From contig JANMKN010000011.1 of assembly GCA_031372065.1 (NCBI GenBank), forward strand, positions 1 through 43,172: DNA of 43,172 nucleotides, read 5' to 3'. The position numbers and the translations under genes were made by a program. Below the pieces are notes generated by a model. The model was not told the origin of the DNA and ran no database searches. It saw only the letters and a list, made by a program, of their open reading frames with translations. Every line of letters begins with the position of its first letter. The stretch's first letter is position 1. The DNA is from Abditibacteriaceae bacterium (GTDB lineage: Bacteria; Armatimonadota; Abditibacteriia; Abditibacteriales; Abditibacteriaceae). Positions 20,039 through 29,760 of the stretch are shown piece by piece.

Positions 20039-20088
20039 CCCTCACAAAATTCGTTGAAGATATTGTATCACTAATGGCGACGGCAAAC

Positions 20089-20191
20089 TGTAGGGACGTG
20101 ATTTATCACGTCCGCTAAACCACATCGGCGCCTTTGAAGCAGGTTGTGAGCGTTCATATCTGTAGCGGACGTGATAAATCACGTCCCTACA
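20089..20191. repeat. GTAG-type REP doublet (REPIN-like)
   Basis: tgtagggacgtgatttatcacgtccgcta (20089-20117) and its exact reverse complement (20163-20191), each internally palindromic, 45-nt spacer. Confidence 0.85.
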
Positions 20192-20386
20192 TAGCGAAAA
20201 GTGCCGCACGCCGGGCATTGAACTACCCGGCACAGCCCGCTAACTTTCTGAAACTGCCTTATTTCATGCCCTAAACACGAGTGCAAGGCGTGAACTAACG
20301 CACAACAGGGTCATGTTGTAACCGACAACATGACCTTGCAGTAACCGACTCCAAGGTGTAAAGTGCTGGACTTCTTTCAAAACCCA

Positions 20387-20419
20387 AAGAGCCGCTTGCC
20401 AAATGGCAAGCGGCTCTTT
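20387..20419 (-). terminator. Intrinsic terminator after fusA
   Basis: aaagagccgcttgcca-aa-tggcaagcggctcttt inverted repeat 16 nt past the fusA stop. Confidence 0.85.
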
Positions 20420-20435
20420 AGTTTTACGACTGCTT

Positions 20436-22586
20436 TTACCGCTTGGTGCCGACGGCTTCTTTGCCTTTACTCAAGATTTCTTCCTGAATGTTGTTCGGCA
20501 CCGGCTCGTAATGGCTCGGCTCCATCGTGTAAGTAGCGCGGCCTTGCGACATCGAACGCATCGTGGTGGCGTAGCCGAACATTTCGGCCAACGGCACCGT
20601 GGCACGCACGATAGTGGAGCCACCCTTATCAGGACGCATTTCCGCAATTTTACCGCGACGGCTCGACAAGTCACCGATGATGTCGCCCATGCAGTTATCG
20701 GGCGTCACAACTTCAATGCTCATAATCGGTTCGAGAATCACGGGCTTGGCTTTGCGCACGGCTTCCTGCATACCGTAGTTGCCCGCAATTTCAAACGTCA
20801 TGGCATTCGAGTCAACATCATGATACGAACCGTGAACCAGTTCGACGCGGCAGTTGACCAACGGATAACCGGCCAAAACGCCCCGTTCCATCGCTGATTT
20901 GGCGCCTTTTTCGACGCTTGACCAGAATTCGCGCGGCACCACGCCGCCAACGACTTTCGACTCGAATTCGTAGTTGTTGCGCGTGCCATCTTCCTTTTCC
21001 GGCGTCGGCATCAGGTTGATGACAATGTGCGCGTATTGGCCCGAACCGCCCGTCTGCTTGACGTGCTTGTATTCGAGGTTGTCCACGTTGCGCGTGATGG
21101 TTTCACGATACGCGACCTGCGGCTTGCCGATGTTGGCTTCCACGCCGTATTCGCGCTTCATGCGGTCAACCATGATTTCAAGGTGCAATTCGCCCATGCC
21201 ACCAATGATGGTCTGGCCGGTTTCAGCATCGCTGCGCACTTTGAAAGTCGGGTCTTCGGTTGACAGTTTCACCAAAGCGTTGGTTAATTTGTCTTCGTCG
21301 TTCTTCGACTTGGCTTCGATGGCCTGAAAGATCACCGGCTCGGCGAAGACGATGTTTTCCAGCAAAATCGCGTTCTTGTCGTCGCACAAAGTGTCGCCGG
21401 TGACAGTCGCTTCCAAGCCAACCGCAGCGGCGATGTCGCCCGCGCCCACCGAATCCACGTCTTCACGCTTGTTGGCGTGCATTCGCAGAATGCGCGAAAC
21501 GCGCTCTTTCTTGTTGCGACCCGCATTCAAGACATACGATCCCTTGTTCAAGCGGCCCGAATAAACGCGGAAGAACGTCAAAGTGCCGAACTTATCGCTG
21601 ATGATTTTAAAAGCAAGAGCCGAAAACGGCTCGCTGTCGCTGGGCTGCCGCGTGAGGCTCTCGCCCGAATCAGGATCGGTGCCGACCACAGCCGGAACTT
21701 CCATCGGCGACGGCAAATACTTAATCACAGCGTCCAACATCGGCTGCACGCCTTTGTTTTTGTAGGACGAGCCACAAATCACCGGCACCATATCGTTGCG
21801 AATGGTCGCCTTGCGAATGCCGCCTTCGATTTCGGCGACGGTCAATTCTTCGCCACCGAAGAATTTTTCCATCAAATCGTCGTCGGTTTCGGCGACAGCT
21901 TCCACCAACAAAGCGCGATATTTGGCTGCGGTTTCCTGCAAATTCTCAGGAATGCCCTCCATCTTGTATTTGCTGCCCAGCTTGTCGTCTTCGGTGTAAT
22001 AGAAGGCCTTCATCTTCACCAAATCAACGATGCCTTCAAAGCCGGCTTCGGCGCCGATGGGAAGCTGCAATGCCACAGCATTGGCCCCCAAACGCTCCTT
22101 GATCTGCCCCAAAACCTCATAGAAGTTGGCGCCATCACGATCCATTTTGTTGATGTAAGCCACGCGCGGCACAGCGTAACGGTTGGCCTGACGCCACACC
22201 GTTTCGGATTGTGGCTGCACACCGCCCACCGCGCAAAAAACGGCGATCACGCCGTCCAGCACACGCAAGCTGCGCTCGACTTCTACCGTAAAGTCAACGT
22301 GGCCCGGCGTGTCAATGATATTGATGCGATGGGTCGGGATGGGCCGTCCGTCAGCGTCAAGGTTCAGGCCCCATTCACAAAATGTGGCCGCCGACGTGAT
22401 GGTGATGCCGCGTTCTTGCTCTTGCTCCATGTAGTCGGTGGTCGCGGCGCCGTCATGCACTTCGCCGATGCGATGCACGCGGCCCGCATAAAACAGAATG
22501 CGCTCCGTCGTGGTCGTCTTTCCGGCGTCAATGTGAGCCGCGATACCGATGTTGCGCAAGTTCGCTAAATTATTTTTGTCGGACAC
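20436..22586 (-). CDS. fusA: Elongation factor G
   Basis: [74 protein letters not shown] at 22586 follows an SD-like gaaggga. Confidence 0.98.
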   Translation of the reverse strand: MSDKNNLANLRNIGIAAHIDAGKTTTTERILFYAGRVHRIGEVHDGAATTDYMEQEQERGITITSAATFCEWGLNLDADGRPIPTHRINIIDTPGHVDFTVEVERSLRVLDGVIAVFCAVGGVQPQSETVWRQANRYAVPRVAYINKMDRDGANFYEVLGQIKERLGANAVALQLPIGAEAGFEGIVDLVKMKAFYYTEDDKLGSKYKMEGIPENLQETAAKYRALLVEAVAETDDDLMEKFFGGEELTVAEIEGGIRKATIRNDMVPVICGSSYKNKGVQPMLDAVIKYLPSPMEVPAVVGTDPDSGESLTRQPSDSEPFSALAFKIISDKFGTLTFFRVYSGRLNKGSYVLNAGRNKKERVSRILRMHANKREDVDSVGAGDIAAAVGLEATVTGDTLCDDKNAILLENIVFAEPVIFQAIEAKSKNDEDKLTNALVKLSTEDPTFKVRSDAETGQTIIGGMGELHLEIMVDRMKREYGVEANIGKPQVAYRETITRNVDNLEYKHVKQTGGSGQYAHIVINLMPTPEKEDGTRNNYEFESKVVGGVVPREFWSSVEKGAKSAMERGVLAGYPLVNCRVELVHGSYHDVDSNAMTFEIAGNYGMQEAVRKAKPVILEPIMSIEVVTPDNCMGDIIGDLSSRRGKIAEMRPDKGGSTIVRATVPLAEMFGYATTMRSMSQGRATYTMEPSHYEPVPNNIQEEILSKGKEAVGTKR

Positions 22587-22860
22587 AAAAATCCCTTCCC
22601 TCAAGGTCGAAAGAGTGCTGCCTGTAGAACTCTCTCTGCGTGGCGGATATTGTAATTCTCGCCGAAAGCCACGCCTAAAAATGCCCGACGAGTGGGCAGG
22701 TGTAAGTCAAAGTTCGGCCCGCCGCGAATATCATAAAGAAACGCCTGATATTCACGGCGGGCCAATAGTTTTTTACATCGCAGAGAATTGTCAAACGGCA
22801 AAAAGCCGTTCTTAATACGCCAAAAACCCGCGCAGGTTGCAAGCGCTTTAAATTAAAATT

Positions 22861-22970
22861 CACCGCAGTGAGAAGACACGGAGAAGGGGAGAGGAGGAGA
22901 CAAGGAGATAGAATTCTCCCCTTCTCCCACTCTCCCCTTCTTCGCGTCTTCCTTGTTGCGTCTCTGTGGT
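22861..22970. repeat. Purine-rich/pyrimidine-rich inverted repeat element in the rpsG-fusA spacer
   Basis: ggagaaggggagaggaggagacaaggaga followed by tctccccttctcccactctccccttc; outer arms imperfectly complementary. Confidence 0.7.
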
Positions 22971-22980
22971 TATTTTTAAT

Positions 22981-23451
22981 TTACCAGCGATAATGCGAGA
23001 AGGCGCGGTTGGCATCCGCCATGCGATGCGTGTCTTCTTTTTTCTTCACTGACGTGCCTGAACCACGCGCGGCATCCATCAATTCCGAAGCCAATTTGTC
23101 GGCCATGGTTTTATCGTTGCGATTGCGCGAAGCATCCAAAAGCCAGCGAATGGCTAAGGCGACTTGACGTTCGGGGCGCACTGGCTGCGGCACCTGATAG
23201 GTCGCGCCACCGACGCGGCGCGAACGCACTTCGACGGCGGGCATAACGTTTTTGAAGGCTTTGGCGAAGACATCCAGTGGGTTTTGACCGCTTTTTTCTT
23301 CGATGCGCGTCATAGCGCTGTAAAAAATGCTTTCGCTGACGGATTTTTTGCCGTCATACATCATTTTGTTGACGAAACGCTGCACCAGCACCGAGTTAAA
23401 AATCGGATCGCCAGTCAGCACGGGTTTGCGTTGTGGTCCTTTGCGGCTCAT
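22981..23451 (-). CDS. rpsG: 30S ribosomal protein S7
   Basis: [48 protein letters not shown] aggag. Confidence 0.98.
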   Translation of the reverse strand: MSRKGPQRKPVLTGDPIFNSVLVQRFVNKMMYDGKKSVSESIFYSAMTRIEEKSGQNPLDVFAKAFKNVMPAVEVRSRRVGGATYQVPQPVRPERQVALAIRWLLDASRNRNDKTMADKLASELMDAARGSGTSVKKKEDTHRMADANRAFSHYRW

Positions 23452-23461
23452 ATTTCTCCTG

Positions 23462-23518
23462 TGGTCAGGGGTCAGGGATCAGGGGTCAGAAAACTGCCCA
23501 CCGCCCACTGCCCACTGC
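23462..23518. repeat. Heptamer tandem/inverted repeat element between rpsL and rpsG
   Basis: About four (GGGTCAG)-like units, then about four (CTGCCCA)-like units. Confidence 0.75.
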
Positions 23519-23521
23519 AAA

Positions 23522-23947
23522 CTATTTCGCTGCGGCTTTTGGCCTTTTGGCGCCGTATTTCGAGCGACTGCGGCGACGATCACTGACACCGGCGCAATCA
23601 AGAGCGCCGCGCACGATTTTGTATTTGATGCCGGGCATATCTTTCACACGACCACCGCGCACCAAAACCACGCTGTGTTCCTGCAAATTATGCTTTTCGC
23701 CCGGAATGTAGGCAGTGATTTCTTTCTTGTTGGAAAGGCGCACGCGCGCCTTGGCACGCAGCGCCGAATTCGGCTTTTTCGGCTTGTCAGTTTTCACTTG
23801 CAAGCACACGCCACGCATGAGCGGCGCATTGGAACCGGTGGTTGTCGAACCTTTGACGGTGTTAAAGCCTTCTTTGAAAGCAGCCGTTGTGCTTTTCTTG
23901 GGCGCCGGCTTGCGGCCCTTGCGAACTAATTGCGAAATTGTCGGCAT
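23522..23947 (-). CDS. rpsL: 30S ribosomal protein S12
   Basis: [55 protein letters not shown] at 23947 after agga. Confidence 0.98.
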   Translation of the reverse strand: MPTISQLVRKGRKPAPKKSTTAAFKEGFNTVKGSTTTGSNAPLMRGVCLQVKTDKPKKPNSALRAKARVRLSNKKEITAYIPGEKHNLQEHSVVLVRGGRVKDMPGIKYKIVRGALDCAGVSDRRRSRSKYGAKRPKAAAK

Positions 23948-24079
23948 ATTTCCTGTTCTTTTTCCCATTTGCGCCACCGTTTCCGGCGCAAAAAATACCC
24001 TTGCTTGCCTCAGAAAACCCCCGTCTCACTCCCGCGAGAGGCATCTGCTTTCATCAGACCGCAAGGGATAACCGCACAC

Positions 24080-24108
24080 ATTATAGCAACGTGCCTTTAG
24101 AAGTGCAA
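24080..24108 (-). promoter_or_regulatory. Sigma70-type promoter for the rpsL operon
   Basis: Minus strand TTGCAC-17 nt-TATAAT with extended -10 TGc. Confidence 0.75.
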
Positions 24109-24122
24109 CCAATTTTGCAAAT

Positions 24123-25625
24123 TCAAATCGCAAATCCGCAAGCCTGCAATAAAGTATCAATTTCCTGCGGTGTGGCCTCCAGCTTATGCGCCGCGCGGCG
24201 CAAATCGTCAGCGTCCACCGGATACCAATTATTAAGGTCAGTGCGCGTCAAGCCGGCCACGTCAATCGGCTCAATAGCTTGCCTAATTTGCGCGTGATTG
24301 ACGCCGTTTTGCAGGCATTTTTGCAGCGCCGGGCCAAAATGCGCGTGATTGTGCATCAAAAAGCCGCCCGGTAAATGCGTTTTGCCCAAACGCCGCGCCG
24401 TTTCGCTGTAACTGGCGGCGGCGAAATAAAGCAAAGTCAACGCGCTAAACGAATCGAAATCGTTCATGTTTTCATAAAGTTTGCCGACTAAACGCGCCGT
24501 AACGTGCAATTCATCGCGCGTTTGCCCGGCGTAATTCTGCAAATCTTCAACTTGTGGCAAACCGTTTTCCAGCATTGTCGCAAGGCGCATGATGCCGAGC
24601 AATGTTAAAGGAAAGCCCGTCGAAAGCAGCGGATCAATAAAGCCTGCCGCCGAAGGCAGCATCGCCCAACGGTCGCCGACGATTTGCGCGCTGCAAAACG
24701 CCAAACGCGGCGCGTGCATGAAAGGCAAAACGGGCCGCGCCTCGGCAAATTGCGTTTTGACTGTGGGAAATCGCTGGAGAATTTTTGGCCACGCGACTTC
24801 GCCCACTGCAAAATTCAATTCGCTTGCCAAATCCTCGCGCGCCGCGATTCCGCCGCTTGTGATTCCATTGCTAAAGCGCAAAACCCACATCCAGCCGCCT
24901 TCAAAAACGTGATGCAGCGCCGCATCATCGGCGGGATACGGCGTAACAGCGTTATCGAAAATTCCCAATTCGTCCAAGCGATACACATTCTCAAAATGCG
25001 TATAAAGTGCCTGCGTGGGCGGCAAACCGGGCAGAATTTCTTCGCCCAAATTCAAGGCGCGCTGCAAATAACCGCGCGGGCCTGTGGCATCTATTAAAAA
25101 CCGCGCGCGAAACGCGAACTCTTTGTTTTGTCGCGTGCCGCGCAAAATAATTGGCTCATCAAACTGCGGCGCATCAAGCGCGATTCCATCTATATATTCG
25201 GCGCCGCAACACACGGCTTCCTTCATGAAAAACTGATCGAAATCGGGCCGATACCAATGCGTGTCGGCGATTCCGTCGTGCGGACTGGCGGCCACGAGAA
25301 GTTGATCGCGCCGCGCGCCGGAAAAGGCGCGGCCTTTTTCGTGATGCAAAAAGGTAAAACCGCGTTTGAGGCCACACGCAATTTCGGGATATTCTTTTTG
25401 CCACGCGCCCCATTTGCAAAGTGGCTTAAGGCGCGGCAAATCGTAGCGAATCGCCAACTCTTCGAGCAGCAAATTCGCGAGCGGCGTGGACGATTCGCCA
25501 ATCGCAAAGCGCGGATGGCGGCCTTTTTCCAACAAAAGCACGCGCAAACCGAGGCGCCGCGCGATCATCGCCAAAAGCGAGCCGCCAAAACCCGAACCAA
25601 CGATAGCTAAATCGAAATCAGTCAT
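24123..25625 (-). CDS. Flavin-dependent halogenase family protein (PrnC/tryptophan-halogenase-like)
   Basis: GSGFGGS FAD motif, HPRFAIGESS, CGLKRGF (candidate catalytic Lys), GGWMWVL (WxWxI-like), AAGFIDPLLSTG; ATG at 25625 overlaps the upstream stop. Confidence 0.82.
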   Translation of the reverse strand: MTDFDLAIVGSGFGGSLLAMIARRLGLRVLLLEKGRHPRFAIGESSTPLANLLLEELAIRYDLPRLKPLCKWGAWQKEYPEIACGLKRGFTFLHHEKGRAFSGARRDQLLVAASPHDGIADTHWYRPDFDQFFMKEAVCCGAEYIDGIALDAPQFDEPIILRGTRQNKEFAFRARFLIDATGPRGYLQRALNLGEEILPGLPPTQALYTHFENVYRLDELGIFDNAVTPYPADDAALHHVFEGGWMWVLRFSNGITSGGIAAREDLASELNFAVGEVAWPKILQRFPTVKTQFAEARPVLPFMHAPRLAFCSAQIVGDRWAMLPSAAGFIDPLLSTGFPLTLLGIMRLATMLENGLPQVEDLQNYAGQTRDELHVTARLVGKLYENMNDFDSFSALTLLYFAAASYSETARRLGKTHLPGGFLMHNHAHFGPALQKCLQNGVNHAQIRQAIEPIDVAGLTRTDLNNWYPVDADDLRRAAHKLEATPQEIDTLLQACGFAI

Positions 25626-26583
25626 GGCAAAAGACGCATTCAATCGGCGGCAAAATTTGCTGCGTGAAATTCATTGTTTCCAAACGTTCGCGGCGCGCGG
25701 CAAAACACATTTCGCAAGTGGAAAACTGCTGCAAATCCCACAAATCGGCGAAAACGCGGCCTTTTTGCAATGCGAGGCCATAATTTGCTGAGTTTTCCAA
25801 CGTTTTCAAGCGTGGCGGCGACCAATCGCCGGATTTTTCCAATGCTTCCATCGCGCCGTTGCCGCGCCGTGTGGGAATGAGCACCACCACGTCCGCGCCA
25901 CAACCGAAAGCGAAATCTGTTGAGCGATTGGCCCACAACAATGCTTCGTCTTCATTCAAAAATGGCGGCTTGACCAAAATAAAAACGCGCAAAGCGATGT
26001 CGTTTTTGGCAAGAAAATCCGCAGCATTTTGAAAATCCTGCAACGTCGCGCCTTTATTTAGTAGCGGGCCGACTTCGGGATGCACAGTTTCCAAACCCAT
26101 CGCGATTTCTAATTTGGCCTCGCCGAGCAAATCACGAAATCGCAAGCACGATTCGTTGATTAATTTCGGATGACATTCCACGATAACGCGCTCGAAATGT
26201 CGGGCGCGCTCGGCGATTTGTGCGTAATCATCAGGCGGAATCGCTTTTTTATCGAAAAAACTGCCGCTGTTATAAAGCTTGATTTGCCGCGCGGCGCGCA
26301 ACTGATCCAGCGCGACATGTATCTGCGCCGGAATCGCGCCAAGGGGCGCCGTTGTGGTCAAGGTGTGGCGCCATAAATCGCACATCAAGCATTTCCACGG
26401 ACATTCGCGGTTGGTGAGCAGCAACGTGGCAACCGAAACCGTTTCGCCACTTGCACTGCGCTCGTCTTCGCACCAAAAGGCGTGCGGCTCAAACGGATTT
26501 AAATCAGCGCGCGGCACATTGTGGCGCTGCTCTAAAATCCATTGGTTGCGCGCCGCCTTTGAAGCAGGATATTTCGGCATCAT
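25618..26583 (-). CDS. Radical SAM protein (TIGR01210/RaSEA-like)
   Basis: CxxxCxxC in RECPWKCLMCD, KLYNSGSFFD, VECHP, EIAMGLET, FILVKPPFL. Confidence 0.85.
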   Translation of the reverse strand: MMPKYPASKAARNQWILEQRHNVPRADLNPFEPHAFWCEDERSASGETVSVATLLLTNRECPWKCLMCDLWRHTLTTTAPLGAIPAQIHVALDQLRAARQIKLYNSGSFFDKKAIPPDDYAQIAERARHFERVIVECHPKLINESCLRFRDLLGEAKLEIAMGLETVHPEVGPLLNKGATLQDFQNAADFLAKNDIALRVFILVKPPFLNEDEALLWANRSTDFAFGCGADVVVLIPTRRGNGAMEALEKSGDWSPPRLKTLENSANYGLALQKGRVFADLWDLQQFSTCEMCFAARRERLETMNFTQQILPPIECVFCHD

Positions 26584-26676
26584 ACAATCGCTATTTGCTT
26601 AAACAGTGTTGCCGAGGTTTCGCTGTCTCACAAGTTATTCATCAAACTTCCGGCGCAAGACAAACGAATCATGTGC

Positions 26677-27444
26677 CTACAATTGCCGCGCCAACGTGAG
26701 GCCGTAAACTTCGGGCACGCCAGCGGCTTTTAGGGTGCGGGCACATTCGGCTAAAGTGGCGCCGGTGGTGCAAACATCATCAATCAGCAAAACGGGGCCG
26801 CTTTTGGCATTCCAATCTCGCCAAATGTCTTCCGGCAAGGCAAACGCACCGCGCACATTTTCGAGACGCTGTTTTTCGTTGAGTCCGACTTGGGGCGGCG
26901 TGCGGCGAATGCGTTTTAAAAGTTGGGCAACTGGAATATCGCAACGAGAACTCAATTTTTCGGCGAGTAGCGCGCTTTGATTGTAGCCGCGCCGCCAGCG
27001 CCGCCACGGATGTAATGGCACGGCGCAGAGCGCGGCAAAGGTGGTTTGGCGGAGCAGAGCATCGTTTTGCAAAGTGTGCCAGAGCAACGCCGAAAGCGGC
27101 TCGGCCAACGCAATTTTGCCGCGATATTTCAAAGTATGCACGGCGGGACGCAAGGCGCCTTCAAAGGTGAACGTCGCCCGCAAGGCGTCGAAGGGCGGCG
27201 CGCCATGATAACGATTCGCACGGCAATCGGCGCATTCCGCCGCAGCGTGCGCCAACGGGTCAAAAGGCGCGCCACAGCGTAGGCAAAATGGAGATTTCAC
27301 AGGTTGCAGCGTCTTTTGGCAAGGTTCGCAAAATAAGGTGGGATGAAAGGCGCGGCATCCGGCACAACGCGGCGGGAAAATCGCATCTAAAACGAGACTT
27401 TCGGCGCCGCGCAGCCAATTTGGGGGAAATACATTTCTCGGCAT
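26677..27444 (-). CDS. comF: ComF family protein (double zinc ribbon + phosphoribosyltransferase)
   Basis: FPPRCAGC..CEPC..CLRC..CADC, VPLH..RRGYNQS, LLIDDVCTTGATL. Confidence 0.92.
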   Translation of the reverse strand: MPRNVFPPNWLRGAESLVLDAIFPPRCAGCRAFHPTLFCEPCQKTLQPVKSPFCLRCGAPFDPLAHAAAECADCRANRYHGAPPFDALRATFTFEGALRPAVHTLKYRGKIALAEPLSALLWHTLQNDALLRQTTFAALCAVPLHPWRRWRRGYNQSALLAEKLSSRCDIPVAQLLKRIRRTPPQVGLNEKQRLENVRGAFALPEDIWRDWNAKSGPVLLIDDVCTTGATLAECARTLKAAGVPEVYGLTLARQL

Positions 27445-27546
27445 GACAAAGGAACAATACTTATTATGTCCGATAATGAAGAGTGAATTCTTGCCGCCGC
27501 TTCTTTTTCACGTGACACTGCGATAGTTGTTTTCCTTCATTTCATT

Positions 27547-28041
27547 ATGCATTTGCTTTTCGTTTGCACTGGAAACACTTGTCGCTCGCCTTTGGCCGAA
27601 GCCGCATGGCGGGCTTTTGGCACGCCGGAGATTACAGCGTCTTCCGCAGGCTTGGCGGCGACAGCAGGTCTTGCCGTTGCGCCGCATAGCGCGCAAGTGG
27701 CGCAAAGTTGGGGCGAAGATTTAGCAAAACATAAAGCGCGTCGCCTGAGTGATAATATAGCGCGCGAGGCCGATTATTTAGTGGCGATGACCGGCGACCA
27801 CGCGCGAACTTTGCGAACGCGCTTCCCCAAACGCAAAGTGCTGGAATTAGGCAAATTTTCAGCAATAGACAAGCAAAAAACAGATGCTTTGTCGAGCGAA
27901 TTGCAACTTTTGTTGGGCGAATTTTCCCACGATATTTTCGACCCGATTGGCGGCTCGCTCGAAGGCTATGAGGATTGTGGCGAACACATCAAGCGCGCCG
28001 TCATTGGTCTGGCGGCGGCTTTGCGAGAAGGGCGCGTTTAA
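27547..28041 (+). CDS. Low-molecular-weight phosphatase, YwlE-like (protein arginine/tyrosine phosphatase)
   Basis: LFVCTGNTCRSPLAE P-loop, SAG, DIFDPIGG. Confidence 0.9.
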   Translation: MHLLFVCTGNTCRSPLAEAAWRAFGTPEITASSAGLAATAGLAVAPHSAQVAQSWGEDLAKHKARRLSDNIAREADYLVAMTGDHARTLRTRFPKRKVLELGKFSAIDKQKTDALSSELQLLLGEFSHDIFDPIGGSLEGYEDCGEHIKRAVIGLAAALREGRV

Positions 28042-28914
28042 ATGAAAAAAGTTTTACAAAGTGGCGTGGCCGCGTTCATGCTGCTGACTCTTGCAGGTTG
28101 CAACGGCCCGACGAACCGGCCCGACGCGGATATTGCCGGCAATACTTTCAAAGATATGGTGCGAGGTATCGCTGCCGGACGCGCTTATGATCGGGCAATT
28201 TTGGCAGGTCAACGTGGCGATGATGCCGCCTATGTTCAAGCAACCACGCGGCTGGGGAAATCGGGCGTGCCGGGCGCCACAAAGTGGGCAAAATCTCTGA
28301 CCTTAAGCCGCGCCGAAGGCGAAGTAGCGCGGGGCATGGCTTTTGATGCGCTGGCGCTGAGTCAAGCGGATAACGCACGCGACAAATGGGAAAAGCGCGC
28401 TATGGAAAGTTATCGTCGCGCTCTGGTTTTCGCGCCGGATTTTTCATCGGACGACCCCAATTTGTTGAATGCCCTCGGCTATTCGTTGGCTGATCGTGGC
28501 GAAACTACCGAGGACTTTCAAAACGCCGAAAAACTGACCCGTAGTTCGCTGGATATTTTGGAAAAGTTGATTACCAAAATCGAATCCGCGCCATCGTTGG
28601 GACAAGCCAATCTGCGCGCCTTGCGTTATAGCGCCGCTGTCGGCCCGCATGATTCGCTGGCATGGGCGCTTTTCAAGCAGAAAAAATACGACAACGCGTT
28701 GAAAGAACAGCAGAGTGCCGTCGCCGATGCCAAAGCAAACCGGCCTGCGGGGTTGTTCAGTAGCGGCGGCGATTCGTTGCCGGATTTGCTTTATCACCTC
28801 GGCGCGATTTACGCAGCGTTGGGCCAAAAAGACAAGGCCCAAGCGACTTTCGATGAGGCTCTAAAAATGCAGCCGAATCATCCCGAAGCCAAGAAGGCGC
28901 GGGCCAAATTGTAA
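28042..28914 (+). CDS. Tetratricopeptide-repeat lipoprotein
   Basis: Lipobox LTLAG-C; TPR-like LNALGYSLA, DSLAWALFK, YHLGAIYAALG..ALKMQPNH. Confidence 0.8.
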   Translation: MKKVLQSGVAAFMLLTLAGCNGPTNRPDADIAGNTFKDMVRGIAAGRAYDRAILAGQRGDDAAYVQATTRLGKSGVPGATKWAKSLTLSRAEGEVARGMAFDALALSQADNARDKWEKRAMESYRRALVFAPDFSSDDPNLLNALGYSLADRGETTEDFQNAEKLTRSSLDILEKLITKIESAPSLGQANLRALRYSAAVGPHDSLAWALFKQKKYDNALKEQQSAVADAKANRPAGLFSSGGDSLPDLLYHLGAIYAALGQKDKAQATFDEALKMQPNHPEAKKARAKL

Positions 28915-28924
28915 AAGGAAACCC

Positions 28925-29740
28925 ATGAAACAAATCAAAACCGGCTTAGTAAAAGTGCCAGCGGGCAAAAAACTCCGTTTAAAGACTGTTTCCACCACCG
29001 ACACGGGCGATTATAAAGGCAAGGAAGAAACATTTGAACGCTTGGCAGAGTTGCAAGGCCAACTGGCCGAATTGCAAGAGCGCCTTTATGCCGAAGACAA
29101 ACGCAGCGTGCTATTGATTTTTCAGGCGATGGATACGGGCGGCAAAGATGGCGCGGTGAAAAGTCTTTTAACCGGCATTAATCCGGCAGGCGTGCAAGTC
29201 ACCAGTTTCAAAGCGCCGACATGGGAAGAACTGGATCATGATTATCTGTGGCGTGTGCATCAAAAAGTCCCGCCACGCGGCATGATTGGCGTGTGGAATC
29301 GTTCGCATTACGAAGACGTTTTAGTGGTGCGCGTTCATGATTTAGTGGATAAAAAAACCTGTCAGGCGCGCTTTGAGCAGATTAATGAGTTTGAAAAAAT
29401 GCTCACGAAAAACGGCGTGACGATTCTGAAATTCTTTCTGCATATCTCAAAAGAAGAACAAAAATCCCGCTTGCAGGCGCGTCTTGATGACCCCACGAAA
29501 CACTGGAAATTCAACGTGGGCGACTTAAAAGAACGCGCGCGGTGGGACGATTACCAAAGTGCCTACGAAGATGTGCTTATGCACTGCTCAACATCGCACG
29601 CGCCGTGGCACATTGTTCCCGCCGATAAAAAATGGGCGCGCAACATTGCCGTTGCCGAAGCCGTAGTAGAAGCGATTTCAAAAATGAAACCGCAGTTTCC
29701 CCAAGTCGAACTTGATCCGGCGAAACTTGAAATTGAATAG
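28925..29740 (+). CDS. ppk2: Polyphosphate kinase 2 family protein (class III-like)
   Basis: QAMDTGGKDG Walker A, SFKAP..EELDHDYLWR, NRSHYEDVLVVRVH, KFFLHISKEEQ, PWHIVPADKKW. Confidence 0.93.
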   Translation: MKQIKTGLVKVPAGKKLRLKTVSTTDTGDYKGKEETFERLAELQGQLAELQERLYAEDKRSVLLIFQAMDTGGKDGAVKSLLTGINPAGVQVTSFKAPTWEELDHDYLWRVHQKVPPRGMIGVWNRSHYEDVLVVRVHDLVDKKTCQARFEQINEFEKMLTKNGVTILKFFLHISKEEQKSRLQARLDDPTKHWKFNVGDLKERARWDDYQSAYEDVLMHCSTSHAPWHIVPADKKWARNIAVAEAVVEAISKMKPQFPQVELDPAKLEIE

Positions 29741-29760
29741 AAAAATTACAAAGAACTCTG

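Noticed and set aside
21477..22568. 363-aa plus-strand ORF, and similar long antisense ORFs at 35782-36627, 37321-38505 and 39967-40785
   Set aside because: They lie antisense to well-supported genes (fusA, Gfo/Idh/MocA, debranching enzyme, thrC) and are typical codon-bias shadows with no motifs.
26584..26676. RiPP precursor peptide for the radical SAM/halogenase pair
   Set aside because: There is no credible short ORF with an SD on the minus strand, and the radical SAM protein lacks an obvious SPASM or RRE region.
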